Below, in pieces: positions 60,635-64,000 of a stretch of DNA of 64,000 nucleotides. Each line of letters opens with the position of its first letter. Positions within the stretch are counted from its first letter, which is position 1. A model generated the notes under the pieces. That model was not told the DNA's origin. It did no database searches and worked only from the letters and a program-made list of their open reading frames with translations. The DNA is from Desulfatiglandales bacterium (GTDB lineage Bacteria; Desulfobacterota; DSM-4660; Desulfatiglandales; HGW-15): positions 992,001 through 1,056,000 of the forward strand of contig CAXXJJ010000001.1 of NCBI GenBank assembly GCA_963667015.2, written 5' to 3'. The position numbers and the translations under genes are program-made.

Positions 60635-63600
60635 CTATAATGAGTTATACCTGATCTCAAAGCTGTCTATTTCATCCATAAGACTGTCCATATATTCTGC
60701 TGTAAAGGGAAGTGATTCCTTTCGATCGATTAGATCATTTCTGTATTCAACGACCGCTTCATAATGTTTTTTCCTGGCAGATGCGGTCTTAAGCGTTTCG
60801 GCCTTTTCCATACTCTGACATATCTTTTTCCATTCCTTTCTAAAGCTGTCGACTCTCTGCCATTTTTCCAGATTTCTGTTGCCCGAGTAGATATCCAGGT
60901 CAGGACGGGATTCCAGGAGATGCTCCATTCTTCTTTCATTTTTGTGACAGGCAAATTTATACTCACAGAACTCACAGGTATTGCCGTCTGCAGAATGGTG
61001 AAAAACGCCTTTTTCAATAAGGGAGGTCAAATGAGTGGTAAACTTGTCAATGAGTGTTACGCCGCTGATATCGATGCCGCTGCCCGATGAGTTATAGGTA
61101 ACGGAATTTTTTAAGGGTGCATTTTCAAGAAAGACATTTCTCTTAAGTGAATAAAAGGCTGCGGATATTTTTTTAATATCAGTGCTTGATTGAAGCCTTT
61201 ATATATACGCCCTTATATACACAGGCAACTGAAAGGCAAGCCCCTTTTTTATGTCTGATGCAGGTTTAATATAACCGGTCTTATAATCATAGATGTAAAC
61301 GGTTTCAGGGGCAGTAATATCCCTGTCAAACCGGTCAATATAGCCCCTGATAAAAACATTCCCCAACCGGACAGGCCTGTCATGACTTCCGAATTCAAAT
61401 TCAACTCCCTCGGGAATCCTGTTTATAAATTCGACATACTCATAACGAATAAGAGATGCAATAATACCTTCCCTGTTATCATTTTCCTGCTTACCATCGA
61501 GTCCGGAAAACAATTCCAGTTTATGAAATTCCGCAAAATCAAGCCGATCCAGGCTGGATATATCCTTAAGGTAGTCGCTGATAATTTTAATGGCCGTATT
61601 GAAAGCATTGTCAAGGCCGAGATCATGTATATTAATCTTCCTGGCGGCAAGTTTCTTAAAAAATATGTTCAGTATTTCATGGATGGACTGACCAAGATCC
61701 CTTGAGGTCGCCTCCGGTGTTATTTCATCAATATCTCTCAGTTTATAACCATATTGAAACAGATATCTCATGGGGCAGTTGGCAAGGGTCTCCAGGCTTG
61801 AAGAGGAGAAGGTCCTGTTCCTTTCTTCATTAAACCGGTTGAATTCAGAGGCCTTATCAACAAGCCCGTCATATTCAAAAAGACCGTTTCCTGCGGATCT
61901 TGAAGAAGCGGTTTTTATCCCCCTGATAATATCTTCTTCCGAAGAAATATCCTTAATGATTATATTCCTGAGATTAAACGGTTCTTCTCCAGTATCTTCA
62001 CAGGCACTCCCTTTATATATACCGGCGTTAAGCAGTTCATTGTCAGAGGTGTAGAAGGAATTTTTATTCCATATTGTGGTTCTGTCTTCAGGTTCCCCGG
62101 ATGCCGCAGAGTCTATAAGTGCGTAAAGATCCTGAATTACCTGTGAAGGCTGTACAGGCTTTTCTGATATATTTTCAGGGTATGAAAGGTAAAGCTGCTT
62201 CTCATAATTCTTTAACAGGCTGCTGAACAGCTGTTTGGACTGGTCTACCGGATCAATAATCCTGAATATCCCCCTGGATGACTCGGGAATGATAAAATCC
62301 GGTTCCTCCTTTAATGGGAATCTGCTGGCTGTCAGGCCTCCGGCGAAAACATAGTCAAAGGAGCGGCCCCTGGTTTCCAGCCACTGTGATACGCGAATGA
62401 CATCAGGATTTCTTTCATCAAGCAGGCAGGTGTTATTAATCCTGTTGTTTAAAGTATTATAAAACGCAGCAAGCAGTGCATTGCTTTTTTTTATATTAAA
62501 GAGCCGTTGTGCAAGATTTATTTCTTTGTGGCTTATGTTCAGGAGGTCGTTCAACAGGGTAAAGGCCTTTATATCTCTTTTAAGAAGCCCCCTTTTTGCA
62601 GCATGTTCAAGGCCAGTATCATGATTATTAAGGTCTATAATGTTCATGGGAAAACCCAGAAACCGGATTATTTTTTTAAATATTTCGACTATTTTTTCGG
62701 GTGTTCCGCAGTCAGCCAGGTCAGTAAAAGGGGAAAGCACGGATTTAAAAATAATCCTCTGGTTTAAAAAACAGTAATATTCAAGCCTCAGGGCTTTTTT
62801 TTCATCGGGGCTTTTTGAGCCTGATATCGAACCGGAGTAGATATCCCTGAAGACGGGTATTTTGTCATTATCGATGTTTTCAAGTCCGTTTCCCAATCGG
62901 TCAATCCCGCATCTTCTCATGGCCGTATCAAATATATTTATATCGGGTATTTTAAAAATATTATCCGAAGTCTCTTCATAAAAAAGAGCTGCCAGGTCTT
63001 CACTTGTATCATCCGGTAGATAATGGTCGTCCGGGTAGGTAAAGTTAGAAAACTCACCGGATTCAAGGCCGGTGTATGCCGGGTTTATAATTCTCAGAGA
63101 GAAAAGTCCGAAAAGATCTTCTCTCCTGAATTCCTCAAGGGGCAGTTGCAGTATCTTAAGGAATATGTGAGAAAAGGGGTGTGAAGAAAGGGGTATTCCC
63201 TTTGTAAGGCTGAAGGGCAGGACGTATTCGGTGAATACTTCGGAGACAATGGATGCATAATCATTCAGGTCCGGGAAAATAACCCTTATATTCCCGGGGT
63301 TTTCATCCTGTTCAATAATTATCCTTTTTATCTCCGATGCAATAGCCCTTACCTCATCAACTTCTCCGGGGAACGATCCGATTTTTAAGCTATCTGCTCC
63401 TGCATCCATATCAATGCTGTTATTAGTATATATTGCCCCTGCATAGGGATTGGGGTAGGAAACCCTGTCGGCCTTTTCTATGCTGTATGGAAATCCTCTT
63501 TCTTTGAGCCTGTCCATCAGGGAAATAAGGGAATAATATACCCTGCATGCCTCTATTTCTCCTTCTTCTTTGGTTTCTCCTTTTTCCCTGCTGAATTCTC

Positions 63601-64000
63601 TGCCGCAGGATCTTCGAAAATCGGATACAGGGTTCTCTCCATTGCTTTCATAATCGATGATCCACCATAATTCATCTACAGAGGAAATCATGTGAAAGAG
63701 GATTTCTTCTTCAATCCTTGATATGTGAGCAAGGCTGTCCAGGATAATTCCATTGAAACCGGCAAGATATGACGAATCTTTTTTTTCTTTGAAAAAATCT
63801 CTTACATTTCTATGAATGTCATCATCGTCATATCCCCTTATTTCCCTTTTCAGTTCTTCGTAATCTCCCATAAGCCATAGAAGGTCACTTTCAAGCGCAT
63901 ATTTTTCGTCTGCTGATCCGGGTTCATTTTCTTCCTGCCGGATAATCCTGCCTCCCAGATCATTTGCATAGATGTCTTCATAATTATTTCGATAAAGGTT
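60635..64000 (-). pseudogene. AddB-like PD-(D/E)XK nuclease with in-frame TAA at 61201-61199 (5'-partial)
   Basis: SSSSLETLANCPMRY, G..IHEIL, RGYIDRFD, DYKTG, FQLPVY; same frame resumes after the stop and supplies CEFCEYKFAC. Confidence 0.8.

Overview
64-kb bacterial window, most likely from an anaerobic Desulfobacterota member (inferred from AOR, MOP, CooC remnant, PilZ and CFI-box protein content). (1) 1-12.3 kb: AT-rich exopolysaccharide tailoring cluster (GT4s, AsnB-like amidotransferase, hexapeptide acyltransferases, CapK/PaaK-like ligase, secreted beta-helix protein). (2) 12.4-24.1 kb: accessory island with two full REP-associated HUH/Y1 tyrosine transposases (RAYT), RAYT fragments, six intact PIN-toxin TA pairs and hicA/higA remnants. 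The spacers are built from strand-polarised 7-9 bp repeats, shuffled shared modules and 35-50 bp hairpin mini-elements that occur in both filled and empty form inside the window. This is the most interesting part. (3) 24.8-30 kb: sigma-54-type promoters ahead of secreted-protein genes, plus a complete IS1634. (4) 30-45 kb: housekeeping-like genes (HNH, DUF62, tRNA-Val, EamA, Ktr/Trk, AOR+MoaD, ADH, ArfB). (5) 45-57.5 kb: Mo aldehyde oxidoreductase (MOP) with DVU_155x-like accessory genes and a tandem MoaF-like protein. (6) 57.7-60.6 kb: 2.5-kb islet at tRNA-Thr(CGT) with an unusually long direct repeat. (7) an AddB-like nuclease gene with an in-frame TAA, running off the window end. All family assignments are by motif recognition, not database search.
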